A stretch of DNA of 64,000 nucleotides, taken from NCBI GenBank assembly GCA_043228905.1, contig JBHGNT010000003.1, positions 18,228,001-18,292,000 of the forward strand, given 5' to 3'. Below the pieces are notes generated by a model. The model saw only the letters and a list, made by a program, of their open reading frames with translations, did no database searches and was not told the origin of the DNA. Source of the DNA: Azolla caroliniana (taxonomy: Eukaryota; Plantae; Polypodiophyta). How positions within the stretch are numbered: position 1 is the first letter of the stretch; each line of letters begins with the position of its first letter. The position numbers and the translations under genes are program-made. This document shows positions 1 through 12,316 of the stretch, piece after piece.

Positions 1-288
1 ATATTCTATGAGGAATATATTTGGGAGTTAGTGTAGGAGCTCTTAATGAGCATTGAAGTACTGTCAATACTTCGGTCAGTCCTTCTAGAACTTGTATAAA
101 AGTGTTCATTAAACACACATATGTATAGAATGGTGAATAGAGTTTTTTGAATATAGTTCTTGTGTTTTCTCTCTATCACTCTCTCTGTCTCTCCCGTGTA
201 TACTGCGTAAGCTCAAGCTCTCCATTAAACGTGAGTTTTCTTCCTTCTGTTTGGTCTTCATACTTGCTTCCGCATGTTACTCTTTACA
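1..288 (+). repeat. 5' LTR (partial) of Copia A1
   Basis: Direct repeat of the 3' part of 5171-5626; ends TTTACA immediately before the PBS. Confidence 0.95.
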
Positions 289-300
289 TGGTATCAGAGC
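289..300 (+). promoter_or_regulatory. Primer-binding site (initiator tRNA-Met)
   Basis: TGGTATCAGAGC, the complement of the plant tRNA-iMet 3' end, directly after the LTR. Confidence 0.95.
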
Positions 301-360
301 GCGAGGGTTGAGAACCTCTCTGCAGCCGACACAACTTGACGAAGAAGAACAAGAAGAACG

Positions 361-3300
361 ATGGATAGAGGCATGGCGAGCTCGTTTCCAACAGAGAAGC
401 TCGACAGAACCAACTACGCGTCTTGGTCCTACAAGATGCACTAGTACCTACTTGGGCATGGCTACTGGAGTTATGTCGAAGGAACTAATGACGCGGCACT
501 CGAATCGACACACAGAGACTTCCTGTCGTGGGAGCAATCAGCGAGAAGGGTATTATACTGCTTCGCGTTGTGTGTGGGCGAACAACTATTGAGCTATGTT
601 CGGGATGCAAAGACGCTGAAGGGTGCGTGGGAAAATCTGAAGAAGATTTTCGCCGCGAGCACCACTGCCAGGAAGCTTCAGCTCCGACAGGAGTTGAGCA
701 ACGTACGACAACGCGACTTGTCGGTGGCCTATACCTCAAAGATCAAGGATATCTGCGACTCCCTTGCCTCCATAGAGGTCAACATCGAGGAGAGCGAGAT
801 GGTCCAGATCTGTCTCGGAGGTTTGGCGTCGAAGGTCGGAGCGTTCCGAACTGTTGTGTGTACCCGGGAGAATACGCCGTCCTTTTTCGACTTACAGTCG
901 ATGCTCCTGGTAGAGGAGAACCACGCGGGTGCGTCGACGAGCATGCACACCGACAACAAGATGTTGTACACGGAGGGAGAAAGGCTCCGTGGTCATCCTG
1001 GATGAGGCAAGTCTGTACGCAATGGAAGCGGCTGACGAGATCAAGGAAGAAGGCACCGAAGTGATGCCGACAGCAACTCCGGACCCTCCGGAAACAGGGG
1101 GAGTCGAAGCGATTAGAACCGGCAAGGGAAGGCCATCACGGAGTGTTGGTACTGTGGCAAGAAAGGCCACAGGGAAAGTGAGTGCTGGAAGAAGCGCGCC
1201 GATTCAGAGAGAACCGATTCTAGAAACGGCTCCAGACATACCGACAAGGGAAATCGGCAGTAATCGCACTACGCCGAAGACTCCGGGAGAGCCGGAGAAG
1301 GGTCTGTCTTCGTGATGAGACACGAAGCAAACTCAATGAAACGGACCACCTCGAGATCGAACGAGGTGTGGTACGTAGACTCCGACGCATCAAACCACAT
1401 GACGAGCCATAAGGAGTGGTTCTCGTACCTTGAAAAACCGATATAACCTGGAGTAGTCACAACTGGAGATGACACTCCGCATCCGATCGCGAATGTCGGA
1501 GAAGTTCCCCTTAGCCATGTCGGGCAGAAAGGGAAACTCATGAACGTGCTGCACGTTCCGACAATCACGAAGAACTTGGTCTCGGTCGGACAGATCGTCG
1601 ACCAAGGGATGGAGGTTCGGTTTACACACCTCGGGTGCTTCATTGAGGAAGAAGGCCGTGTGATTGCGCAAGGGCGCAGAGACGGGAGGATGTTCATCCT
1701 CGATTCCACTGACAGCGGCACCGCAATGTTCGCGAAGGGACAAAAATCCGAGTCGGACATTGACTTGTGGCACAAGTGGATAGGCCACGTCAACTACCAG
1801 TGGCTTCAAGATCTGCAATCGAAACAAGTAGTGTTCGGATAGCCCAAATTTAGTGGCCGAAAGGCACAAATTTGTGAAGCTTGCCAGCTCGGGAAGCAAC
1901 ACCGACTTCCTTTCCCCAACGAGCAAAACCGGAGCCGGAACAACCTCGACCTTATACACTCCAATGTATGGGGGCCGGCACAAAACGTTAGTCTTGGCGG
2001 GAGCCGATATTTTGTCTCCTTCATCGACGACCACACGCGGCACACGTGGATCTACCTCATTGAGAGGAAGAGCGAAGTCTTCGACTGTTTCCGGGACCTC
2101 AAAGGGTTCGTGGAAACGGAAACAGGACGAAAGATCAAGTGCCTGCGGTCGGATGGCGGGAAAGAGTACTTTTCTGGTCAATTCAATGGTTATCTACAAC
2201 AAATGGGAATTCGGCGCGAATTTAGTTGTAGATACATGCCAGAGCAGAATAGCATGGCCGAGAGGAAGAATCGGTCAATTGTGGAAGCGGCACGGGCAAT
2301 GCTGGAGGAGAAGAGCTTGCCCAAGTTCTACTGGGCCGAGGCGGTAAGGACCGCGGTATACATCCAGAACCGGATCGGAGACAAAGTGTCGGCGCACGAG
2401 CTATATTTCGGAACGAAGCCGAACTTGCCACACTTGAGGGTGTTCGGTAGCATTGCGTATATGCATGTACCGAAGGAGAAAAGGAGGAAGCTGGACGCAA
2501 AGGCCGAGAAATGCAGCTTGGTCGGTTACTCGGACGAGTAGAAGGGTTATAAGTGCTATAACCCTCACAACAAACAAGCGCGTGTCAGCCGCGACGTTGC
2601 ATTTGACGAGTCCGCGTCCTGGTACCAGCCCCCGACTCCGAACCCCGACTCTAATCCGAGCTCTGACGATGAGGTCAGAGAGGCTGAGATGCCTCCGGAT
2701 GAGCCCGAAATCGAGACCCGCGAAGAGAGTCCGATTTCACTCCGTTTAAGTGGACCGAGTGGACAGATTGGACGACTGAGTCGGTACGACCAGTCCGATG
2801 AAGAGCCGGCGAGTAGTGGAGACTCGGCCGTGCATTCCGCGCGCAGGAAGCTGAGGAGACGGCCTACGCGCAAAGAGAAAGGGAAGAAGAAGGTGTCGGA
2901 TTCCGGCACGGATATGAACGAGTCAGACCGACGCGAGTCCGACTCCTAGGGAATCGGTGACGGGTCTTTAAAGGTGAAGTCCGGGTCGACCGAGAAGGCC
3001 TCGACATCGGCTAATGTGAGATTACGCTGATCTACCTGCCAGAAGAACCCTGTTTTGCGGTTCGGATTCAACGAGTACATGGCGCATCATTATGCGTACA
3101 TGACCCGTGTAGCGGAAGTGTGTGAGCCGGAGAGCTACGTAGAAGCGGCTAAAGACGCGAATTGGCGTGTCGCGATGGAGGAAGAGATGCACGCATTGGC
3201 GGAGAACGAGACCTAGGACCTGGTTGACGCACCAACAGGGGTAAAACCGATCGGGTGTAGGTGGGTGTACAAAGTCAAGTACAACACCGATGGCTCGGTC

Positions 3301-5176
3301 AACCGGTACAAGGCTCGGCTAGTGGCAAAGGGCTACGCGTAGAAACACGACATCGACTACGATGAGGCGTTTGCGCCGGTCGCGAAAATGACAATCGTCC
3401 GTGTTTTGCTCGCAGTAGCTGCGGTGAAGGGGTGGCACTTACATCAGATGGATGTAAAGAATGCGTTCCTGCAAGGTGACCTTGAGGAACAGGTGTACAT
3501 GGTACAAACCCCCGGATTTCACTCCAGAACGAACTCCTCGGCAGTATGCTGACTGAAGAAGTTCCTTTACGGACTGAAGCAAGCCCCGCGTGCCTGGAAC
3601 GCGAAGATGACGCAACAACTGCGTCACATGGTCAAAATCGGCCTCTTCCTTGTTCATCCGGAAAGGTCAACTCGGACCGGTTAGTATTTTACTATATGTT
3701 GATGACTTGGTCATCACCGGCGCCGACCTAGGTGAAATCAACGACATGAAGTTCCAGCTTGCGGCATCGTTCGACATGAAGGATCTGGGGGACCTTCATT
3801 ACTTCCTCGGGATTGAAGTGATCCGTGCCCCCGAAGGCATTTTGATCAGCCAACGTCACTACGTGCTGAGTATGCTCTTCAAATTCGGGATGGCCGACTG
3901 TAAGTTTGTCTTGCCTCCTCTGGACAGAACCGTCAAGCTTTGTCCCGATACAGGAAAGGTATGTGACCCAACGAGGTTCCGACAAATTGTCGGAAGCCTC
4001 ATATACTTGACCATCACCCAACCCGACCTCAGTTATCCGGTCGGAGTGATCAGTCAGTTCATGGCGCGACCTACCGGGGAGCACCTCTAGTGTGCGCAAC
4101 GCATACTTCGGTATGTCAACGACACTAAGGACTTGGGACTGTTATATCGGACCGTTGCAGCCGTGCAGTTAGTCGGCTACATCGTTGCTGATTGGGCTGG
4201 CAATGCTGCCGATCGCCGATCCACGTCCAGATACGCTTTCTCCCTCGGGAGCAGTAAGAAGCAGTCGACAGTTGCACTGTCGAGCACCGAAGCTGAGTAC
4301 TCAGGAGCGGCTGTCGCGACATGCGAAGCCATATGGTTGAAGCGGCTACTTAGGGACTTGCAAGAGGAAGTGTCAGATCCGACGATGATCTACTGCGACA
4401 ACCTCAGCAGCATCCAGCTCGCGAAAAACCCCGTTTTCCACGCACGGACCAAGCACATTGAGGTGCACTTCCATTTCGTCCGTGAGTGTGTCCTTTCCAG
4501 TGAAGTCGAACTTCAGTACGTTCCGACGGATCGGCAGACTGCTGACATCTTCACCAAGTCTCTTGGTCTGGACAAGTTGCGGCAATTCTCAGGTGCGCTC
4601 GGATTGCGTCACCTCAACGTGCCAAACTTGAGGGGGAGAATAGTCCCGAACGACCAAGCAAGGCAGGAGGAAAGGAGCGGAGACCGCGACACCACCGAGT
4701 CGGTTGACTCGGTTGTCGAGTTCGACTTCGGATCGGCTGAAGAAGCCGAGGGCGGACCCGCGGAAAAGTTCGGAAGAGGACAAAAGGGGAGCAGCCGAAG
4801 GAGAGAGCCGAAGCCAACCACGTATGGGGAAGATGACGCCACCGAGGGCGAGAAGATCGAAGACGAGTTGGAGACAGCCAACTCGGACGAGAGCGAAAAC
4901 CAATCGGAGGTAGCCGAGTCGGTTCAGATGTTTGATTCAGACACGTTGAATCAACCGAGGCCCAAGCGGAAGAAAAGGCAGCAGGAGAAGCGTCGACACC
5001 GCAACAACAAAAGAGCTGATAAGGGCCACATGAGCAGACAAGCCAACCGGAAGGGTCGAAGCGCGCGGAGTCGAACATGTCGAGGAGCGCGAGCGAGGCG
5101 TGAAGCCAGGAGGAACCAGAGCTGTGAGCCCGAAGATCCCGAAGAGCCTCAAGTTGAGCTTGAGGGGGAGTGTTGA
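361..5176 (+). pseudogene. Disrupted gag-pol polyprotein of Copia A1
   Basis: Pieces 568-1005 (gag), 1540-1842, 2110-2541 (IN), 3650-4090 (RT), 4133-5176 (RNase H plus tail), separated by in-frame stops and frameshifts. Confidence 0.93.
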
Positions 5177-5626
5177 GAGACAAGCTCATCATCGGCTGGA
5201 TCGGCTGAAGAAGCCGAGGACCGGATCGGTTGGACCAATCGGTTAGGCCGAATGCGTAAACCAGTACGCAGACCGGTGCGTAGGTAGGGCCGGATCGGTG
5301 CGTAAACCGGGAGGCCATTAGGAAAGATATTCCGTGAGGAATATATTCGGGAGTTAGTGTAGGAGCTCTTAATGAGCATTGAAGTACTGTCAGTACTTTG
5401 GTCAGTCCTTCTAGGACTTGTATAAAAGTGTTCATTGAACACACATATGTATAGAATGGTGAATAGAGTTTTTTGAATATAGTTCTTGTGTTTTCTCTCT
5501 ATCACTCTCTCTGTCTCTCCCGCGTATACTGCGTAAGCTCAAGCTCTCCATTAAATCTGAGTTTTCTTCCTTCTGTTCTTCCTTCTGTTCGGTCTTCATA
5601 TTTGCTTCCGCACGTTACTCTTTACA
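5171..5626 (+). repeat. 3' LTR of Copia A1
   Basis: Starts TGTTGAG after the PPT and ends TTTACA. Has a 12-bp duplication (TTCTTCCTTCTG) absent from the 5' LTR. Confidence 0.95.
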
Positions 5627-6450
5627 CAGGCTAACGGCCGACTGGGCTGTGGCGAAGAGAGTCTACGGCCGTTTCGACAAACGGCGTGAGTGGGTCGATA
5701 AAGGCTCGTCGGGGGTGGGCTCTATAGCGGCAAGGAAGCTCAAGGTACCCCCATTGGTGTGAAGGGAGGAGACCCGAGATTGGCTCGAGGTTGGCTCGAC
5801 TTTGACCAGCGTGGTCAAAGGCCCGTCAGTAGGAGCGGCTTTGGAGGAGCTAACTAATATGGTGAGAGACCTCTAGATAGCACACACACGGAGGGACGAC
5901 GGCAAACAAGCCCGTGACCAAAGGCCTCTGGCTGGGCATCGGTGGTTGTGGTACGATGCGGTCGGCCACACCCGAAAGGACTGTGGGGACTTCGCGGAAG
6001 CGATAAGGGCCAACGTGGTGTACCTGTGGAAGGAGCGGGTACACGCTAGCGAAACCCAGAGGGCCCTGGATTTGAACGTCTGACAAGGGGGGATGAAACG
6101 ACTAATGGAGGAAGTGGCAACTCGCCACGCGGAGACCATCCACTACTCAGCGTCGGTAGGAATCCGGGTCGGGAGTGATGAAGTCTGGATAACGAAGGAC
6201 TCTAGGTTCTGGCCATTGATGCTGGAAGGCTTAGCCGGCGTACGGCTAAGGAAAGAGGAAGCGGACCGCGTTGGAAGACGGGTCCGGGAGGTAACCGGGT
6301 GGAGTGACCCGGTCGAAGAGAAGACGGGCTTCGTGGAAGCCGCGTGCCAGAACTACGAGGTTCTGGTGGAAGACAAGCGCGTGGGAGAGACCGGGGGGGC
6401 TAGACCCTCACAATGGTATGATACCCGGTTTGGGCCGATGCAGAATGATG

Positions 6451-8251
6451 TGACGGAAACTCAATGCTCCTTATGCACAACGCTCGGCCACAATCAAGCT
6501 TAGAATCATACACAGAAAAACAAGAAACAGAAAACACGCGACACAAAGGAGAAGAAAAATGTACACAAGATGTTTACGTGGAAAACCCAAACTAAGGGAA
6601 AAACCACGGTAGCCCACAGGTTGCAAACTATTGCTATGTTAGAATGTACAACAGTGAGTTCACGGAGGCAACGACCTCGTGCTCACGATCCTCGCCACAG
6701 GCGGCGGTTACACCAGAGGCTACGACCTCTTCCTCTCTCTCTCTCTCTCTGTACACTGTTACGTGCTCTCTCTTCTTCTTGCACCAACAAGAAATGACAA
6801 CAACAACAGTAACTAAAAGTTTGCCCTAAGTCATATTTATACTAATATGACTTTTCGGTTATTTACAAATATAGCCTCGATGGACTCTCAGAAACATATT
6901 TACGAATATGTCTCTTCATCCGGTTCTCACCGGGTCTGCACCATCCGGCTCTCCGTAGCCGGGTACTCCTCATCCGGATCTCACCGGTGTCATGACGTGG
7001 CTCGCCTAGAAGCGTAGCGTTGCGCACACAAAGGATAACGTGAAAGTGAGGAAGGAATCACAGGGATTATGGACGGAAGAGACGAAAGAGTAGAGATAGA
7101 GTGAATAGAGATCAATAAGATATGACAAAATAGGATTTTTAAGGAATATAAGATAAGACAAGATAAGATATAAAATAATATATGAGAAAGTGTATGAAAT
7201 TTATAATCATTTTCATGAAAGAGTTACAAAATGATTGTGCACGTCGTTGAACCTCCGAACTTTGTCTTGCAAGGTAATTGCTCTTCTCTTTCTTGATTGT
7301 AGACCATTACAATCTTCACTTCAATATTTTGATGAAGATAAGGCTCGAACCGCCTTCCTCTTGTTGAGAGTTGACCACCACGACCGCCAAGCTAGAGTTC
7401 CACGTTTATGTTAAACTTCTTCCCTTCTTTCTCTATTTTTATGGTATCTCTTATGAAATACATAATTTGATTGATATCTCATACATATCCCCCTTTGATC
7501 TTCTCTTTTTCCATTTAAATAGGTGCCCCCATGCATATGATGCATTGGAGGGTACAAGTCATGCATGTAGTGCATGAAATGCATGTGATGCATGATCGCC
7601 ATTTGGCGTTCATGCATTACATGTGATGCATGATAAACATCTTGCTCATTTGAGCTTTTATGTATAAAACAATATATGCAATAACAATAAACATGAAAAT
7701 ATAATCTTAAAGAGAAAGTGTCTAGCCTAATGGTAGGTGTGTTGACTTTGGTGTATGAGGTTGTGGGTTTGAGTCTCAAAATACTATTGAATACAACATT
7801 CAACTTTATTTTTATATCATGAAGCAAATCCTTTATTTTATGTATATTACTAGTATAGAGTAAATGGTAAGATTTGAGAGTCATAGGGTGGGGTTATTGG
7901 TTCAAGTCCTCTCTTGTTCGTGTAATATAATATATTTATCTATATATACATTATTTTTCTTTATATATATATAATATTATCATATGTGTTGTTAATATTA
8001 TCTTTATATATAAAACATTATCAAATGTTATTTTCATTACGTATTTATATCTTATTGTAGACTTTTAATGTGAAGCTTTCGTACTTCATGACACCGGATC
8101 TGCACCATCCGGCTCTCCGTAGCCGGGTACTCCTCATCCGGTTCTCGCCGGGTCTGCGTCATTCAGCTCTCCGTAGCTGGGTACTCCTCATCCGGTTTCT
8201 TCTCGGCACTGTTCTTCTCTCTTCCCATCTGGAGGGACCTGTCTCCCAACA
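6451..8251 (-). repeat. 3' LTR of Copia B, interrupted by the 1106-bp insert
   Basis: Near-identical to 11523-12316 apart from the insert and two missing 54-bp units. Confidence 0.95.
6988..8093. mobile_element. 1106-bp AT-rich TGT...ACA insert with 4-bp CCGG TSD (solo LTR or non-autonomous Ginger-like element)
   Basis: Termini TGTCATGA/TCATGACA (perfect 8-bp inverted repeat). CCGG at 6984-6987 and 8094-8097. The sister LTR shows the empty site with one CCGG. Confidence 0.85.
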
Positions 8252-11200
8252 AACTCCCCCTTCACTTTAGCATGGGGTGTTTTACCAGTCCGATCTGCTT
8301 CCGGCATGCATCCAGCTTGTCGGGTATCAGAACTTTGGTCAGCATATCTGACCCGTTCTCGGCCGTGTGGATCTTCGACAGTGCGAACTCCTAGTCATCT
8401 ACTCTTTCCCGGATCCAGTGATATCTTTGATGGATATGCTTCGTCCGGGAATGGTAGGCCGCATTCTTAGCAAGATGGATGGCACTTTGATTGTCGCAAT
8501 AGAGTCGGTATTTATCTTGCCAGATATCGAGCTCTCTGATGAAGTCCTTCATCCATAATATTTCCTTGCCGGCTTCCACAGCCGCCATGTACTCCGCCTC
8601 CGTGGTTGACAATGCAACCGTCTTCTGCAGCCTCAACTGCCACGAGACAGCTCCCCCTGCATATGTCATTACATACCCGGATGTAGACCGGCTGGTATCC
8701 ACATTAGCAGACATGTCCGAGTTGGTGAAACCGTCAAGTTGAGGTCTTCTGGAGCCAAATTGGAGACACATATTTGAAGTGCCCTTCAAATACCAGAGTA
8801 TCCATTTGACAACGTTCCAGTGCTCATTGCCGGGATTGCTCATAAACCGGCTCACCACTCCGATTGTGTATCCTATATCCGGTCGGGTACACACCATTGC
8901 GTACATCAAGCTCCCGACGGCAGAGGTATATGGAATCTTCATCATATCCGCCTACTCTGCTTTCGTCTTTGGGCTTTGCTTACCGGATAGCCTGCAGTTT
9001 GCCGGAAGTGTCGATCTGACCGGTTTCGCTTCTGACATGTTGAACCGGTGAAGCACCTTTGTCACGTACTTCTCCTGTGACAGCCATAATTGCTTCTTTG
9101 ACCGGTCCTGAATGATGTGCATCCCCAGCATCTGTCTTGCCGGACCCAAGTCTTTCATTGAGAAGGTCCGGTTGAGAGCCTTCTTCAGCATCCGTATTTT
9201 GACTTGGTCACATCCGACGATCAACATGTCATCCACGTACAGAAGGAGTATTAGGAAGTCGCCTCCTTCGAACTTCTTCACAAACACGCAGTGATCGGCC
9301 TGCGTCTTGTGGTACCCTTGATCGGTCATGAAGGAATCAAACTTCCGGTACCATTGTCGGGGAGCCTGCTTTAGTCTGTACAGGCTCTTCTTCAGCCGGC
9401 ATACCAGGTGCTCCTTCCCTTTCTCCACAAATCCTTCCGGTTGCTGCATGTAGATCTCCTCTTCGAGGTCGTCGTGATGGAATGCCGTCTTCACGTCCAG
9501 CTGCTCTACCTCATGGTCCATGCTTGCCGCTATACTCAGCACCGTCCGGATGGAGGTCATCTTTACAATCGGGGCAAATATCTCGTCAAAGTCCACGCCC
9601 TTTTTCTGCTGGAACCCCTTCACCACGATCCTGGCTTTGTATCTCGAGGGGTTGCCGGCATCTCCCGGTTGCAACTTGTACACCCACTTGTTTCGGAGTG
9701 CCTGCTTTCCTTTCGGCAACTCCACCAATTCGTACGTATGGTTCTCATGCAAGGAATCCATCTCGTCCTGCATGGCACTTAACCATTTGCGGTTGTGGGT
9801 GTCATCCTTCGCTTCTTCGAAGCTTTCCGGCTCCCCCTCATCGGTCAGCAAAACATGCTCTGAATCCGGAAATCTCCGGGGGGGGCCTTCTCTCTCTGAG
9901 AGGATATCTCCGTCTTCGGGCTTCGGTAACCGGCTCCTCCACTTGCTCTTCATCCGGATCTGATTCGGGGTCTTGGCCGGTTCCGGTTTGCTTCCACTAC
10001 TTCTTCTTCAGCCTATTCGGTATCCTCACCGTAACCGGCTGGTCCCTCGAGTGCTAACCGGTCTCTTGCCCATTGTGTCTGCTCATCGTAGAGTCGATCC
10101 TTACCGGTCGACTCGGAGTTCATTATCTTCTTCTCCGACTCCCAGTCGGCGAGCGTCTTGTCCTCCATGAAGATAATATCTCGACTCCGGAATACCTTCT
10201 TGTCGACCAAGTCCCACACTCGGTAGCCGAACTCATCGTAACCGTAACCGAGGAATATGCATGGCCGGGTCTTTGGATCTAACTTTCCTCTCCGGTCCTT
10301 AGCTACATGCACGTACGCGAGACACCCGAACACCTTCAGATGCCGGTAGGACACTTCCTTACCGGTCCATACTCTCTGTGGCGTGTCTCCGTCCAAGGGT
10401 ACTGAGGGTGATCTGTTTATCACATATGTCGCCGTCGACAGTGCCTCAGCCCAAAACTTCTTGGGTAGTTTTGCATGCGCTAGCATACTCCGGACCCTCT
10501 CCATTATGGTCTAGTTCATCCTCTCGGCCAGTCTGTTTAGTTCCGGTGTCTTCGGCACGGTAAATTCGAGCCGGATTCCCTTCGAGCGGCAGTACTCCTC
10601 GAACTGCCCCTGGTATTCTCCTCCGTTATCTACTCGAACCGCCTTCAACTTCCGGCCGGTTTCTCTTTCCACTCTCGCGTGGAGCTCCTTGAAGACGGAC
10701 AGCACCTGATCCTTCGTCTTCAGCGGTGTGGCCCCCAGCTTCCGGCTGTGGTCATCTATGAACGTCACGAAGTGACCTGGCTTGCCGCAATAGAAGCATG
10801 TAGGCCTCCCCCTTGACTTTGACCGTGTCCCCGACTTCTCCCGGTTCTGGGGACTACGGTTTCTGTGTGTCTTCCACGTTCCGATTCGGTAAGGAGCGCT
10901 TTGGAGTCGGAGCTCGTATTTTTATCTTTCCGACGCGCCTCCTCATCCAGCAAGCTCAACTTCACTCTTGCTAGGGATAACCGTTTTCCTTCCGGCCCGG
11001 CGTTGCCCAAAGTGACAACCAACGTCTCCCAGCTATCCGAGAGGGAGACGAGTAGGAGTAGTGCTAGTACCTCGTCGGCGAGAGGTACTTCCAATGACGT
11101 TGCCTGGTGTATCAGCCCCTGGAAGGCATTCATGTGCTCCGCCATGCTGGAGCCATCTTTGTACCGTAGTCTTACTAGCTTCCGGAATACCGAAACCTGA

Positions 11201-11522
11201 TTAACAACATTTTTGTTTTGAAACATTATGTCGATCTTCTCCCAGAGCTCATCAGCCTTGCTCTCTTCATTGAAGTTGTTGTACAGGCTCATGTCGACGA
11301 AGCACCTTATGTACGCCATTGTCTTCATGTGCATCACCTCCCATATCGCGGCGTCGATTTTGTCCAGTCTCTTGTCCCCGAACTGAACCGGCAACCAGAG
11401 GTCTTTAACCACGAGCATGTCCCTCATCTTCGACTTCCACATTGAATAGTTGGAGCCGGTGAGCTTGAACATGCCGCCAAACGATTCGTCCATTTTCTGT
11501 GTCGTTTTGCTCTGATACCACT

Positions 11523-12316
11523 TGACGGGAACTCAATGCTCCTTATGCACAACGCTTGGCCACAACCGAGCTTAGAAGCATACACAGAAAAACAGGAAAC
11601 GGAAAACACGCGACACAAAGGAGAGGAAAAATGTACATAGGATGTTTACGTGGAAAACCCAAACTAAGGGAAAAACCACGGCAGCCCACAGGCTGCAAAC
11701 TATCGCTATGTTAGAATGTACAACAGTGAGTTCACGGAGGCAACGACCTCGTGCTCACGATCCTCGCCACAGGCGGCGGTTACAACAGAGGCTACGACCT
11801 CTTCCTCTCTCTCTCTCTGTGTACATTGTTACGTGCTCTCTCTTCTTCTTGCACCAACAAGAAATGACAACAACAGTAACTAAAAGTTTGCCCTAAGTCA
11901 TATTTATACTAATATGACTTTTCGGCTATTTACAAATATAGCCTCGATGGACTCTCAAAAACATATTTACGAATATGTCTCTTCATCTGGTTCTCACCGG
12001 GTCTGCACCATCCAGCTCTCCGTAGCCGGGTACTCCTCATCCGGATCTCACCGGGTCTGCACCATCCGGCTCTCCGCAGCCGGGTACTCCTCATCCGGTT
12101 CTCACCAGGTCTGCGTCATTCGGCTCTCCGTAGCCGGGTACTCCTCATCCGGTTCTCACCGGGTCTGCGTCATTCGGCTCTCCGTAGCCTGGTAGTCCTC
12201 ATCCGGTTCTCACCGGGTCTGCACCATCCGGCTCTCCGTAGCCGGGTACTCCTCATCCGGTTTCTTCTCGGCACTATTCTTCTCTCTTCCCATTCGGAGG
12301 GACCTGTCTCCCAACA
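11523..12316 (-). repeat. 5' LTR of Copia B
   Basis: TG...CA, 794 bp, 2 nt from the PBS. Confidence 0.95.
11979..12262. repeat. 54-bp tandem array (5 units plus a partial unit) in Copia B LTR
   Basis: Unit CTCCTCATCCGGTTCTCACCGGGTCTGCACCATCCGGCTCTCCGTAGCCGGGTA. The other LTR has 3 units plus a partial unit (6912-8197). Confidence 0.95.

Larger units (their letters stand above)
1..5626 (+). mobile_element. Ty1/Copia LTR retrotransposon, family A copy 1 (5' LTR cut by window edge; decayed)
   Basis: LTR 1-288 matches the 3' part of LTR 5171-5626 (TG...CA). PBS TGGTATCAGAGC at 289-300, PPT TTGAGGGGGAG at 5160-5170. Copia domain order gag, PR (WYVDS), IN (SDGGKEY...AERKN), RT (YVDD), RNase H (TEAEY, ADIFTK). 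Confidence 0.97.
6451..12316 (-). mobile_element. Ty1/Copia LTR retrotransposon B (Tnt1/Tork-like), internally deleted
   Basis: TSD TGATG at 6446-6450 and 12317-12321. LTRs 11523-12316 and 6451-8251, PBS-Met 11509-11520, PPT just right of 8251. gag 11493-10765, IN 10768-10013, RT 9953-8952, RNase H 8945-8391. Confidence 0.97.

Noticed and set aside
1390-2181. 263-aa antisense ORF also open in copy A2 (25962-26753)
   Set aside because: It is a shadow of the integrase coding strand with no recognisable domain. The copies are too similar for a shared open frame to imply selection.
7717-7785. Functional tRNA gene
   Set aside because: The anticodon stem does not pair and the T-loop is mutated. 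Kept only as a tRNA-like remnant.
7411-7884. His/Met-rich ORF suggesting a metal-binding protein
   Set aside because: It arises from ATGCAT-rich low-complexity DNA inside the insert.
11914-12195. ORF with an 18-aa repeat, or a CRISPR-like array
   Set aside because: It is a translation of the 54-bp LTR tandem repeat. There are no unique spacers and no cas genes, and the context is eukaryotic.
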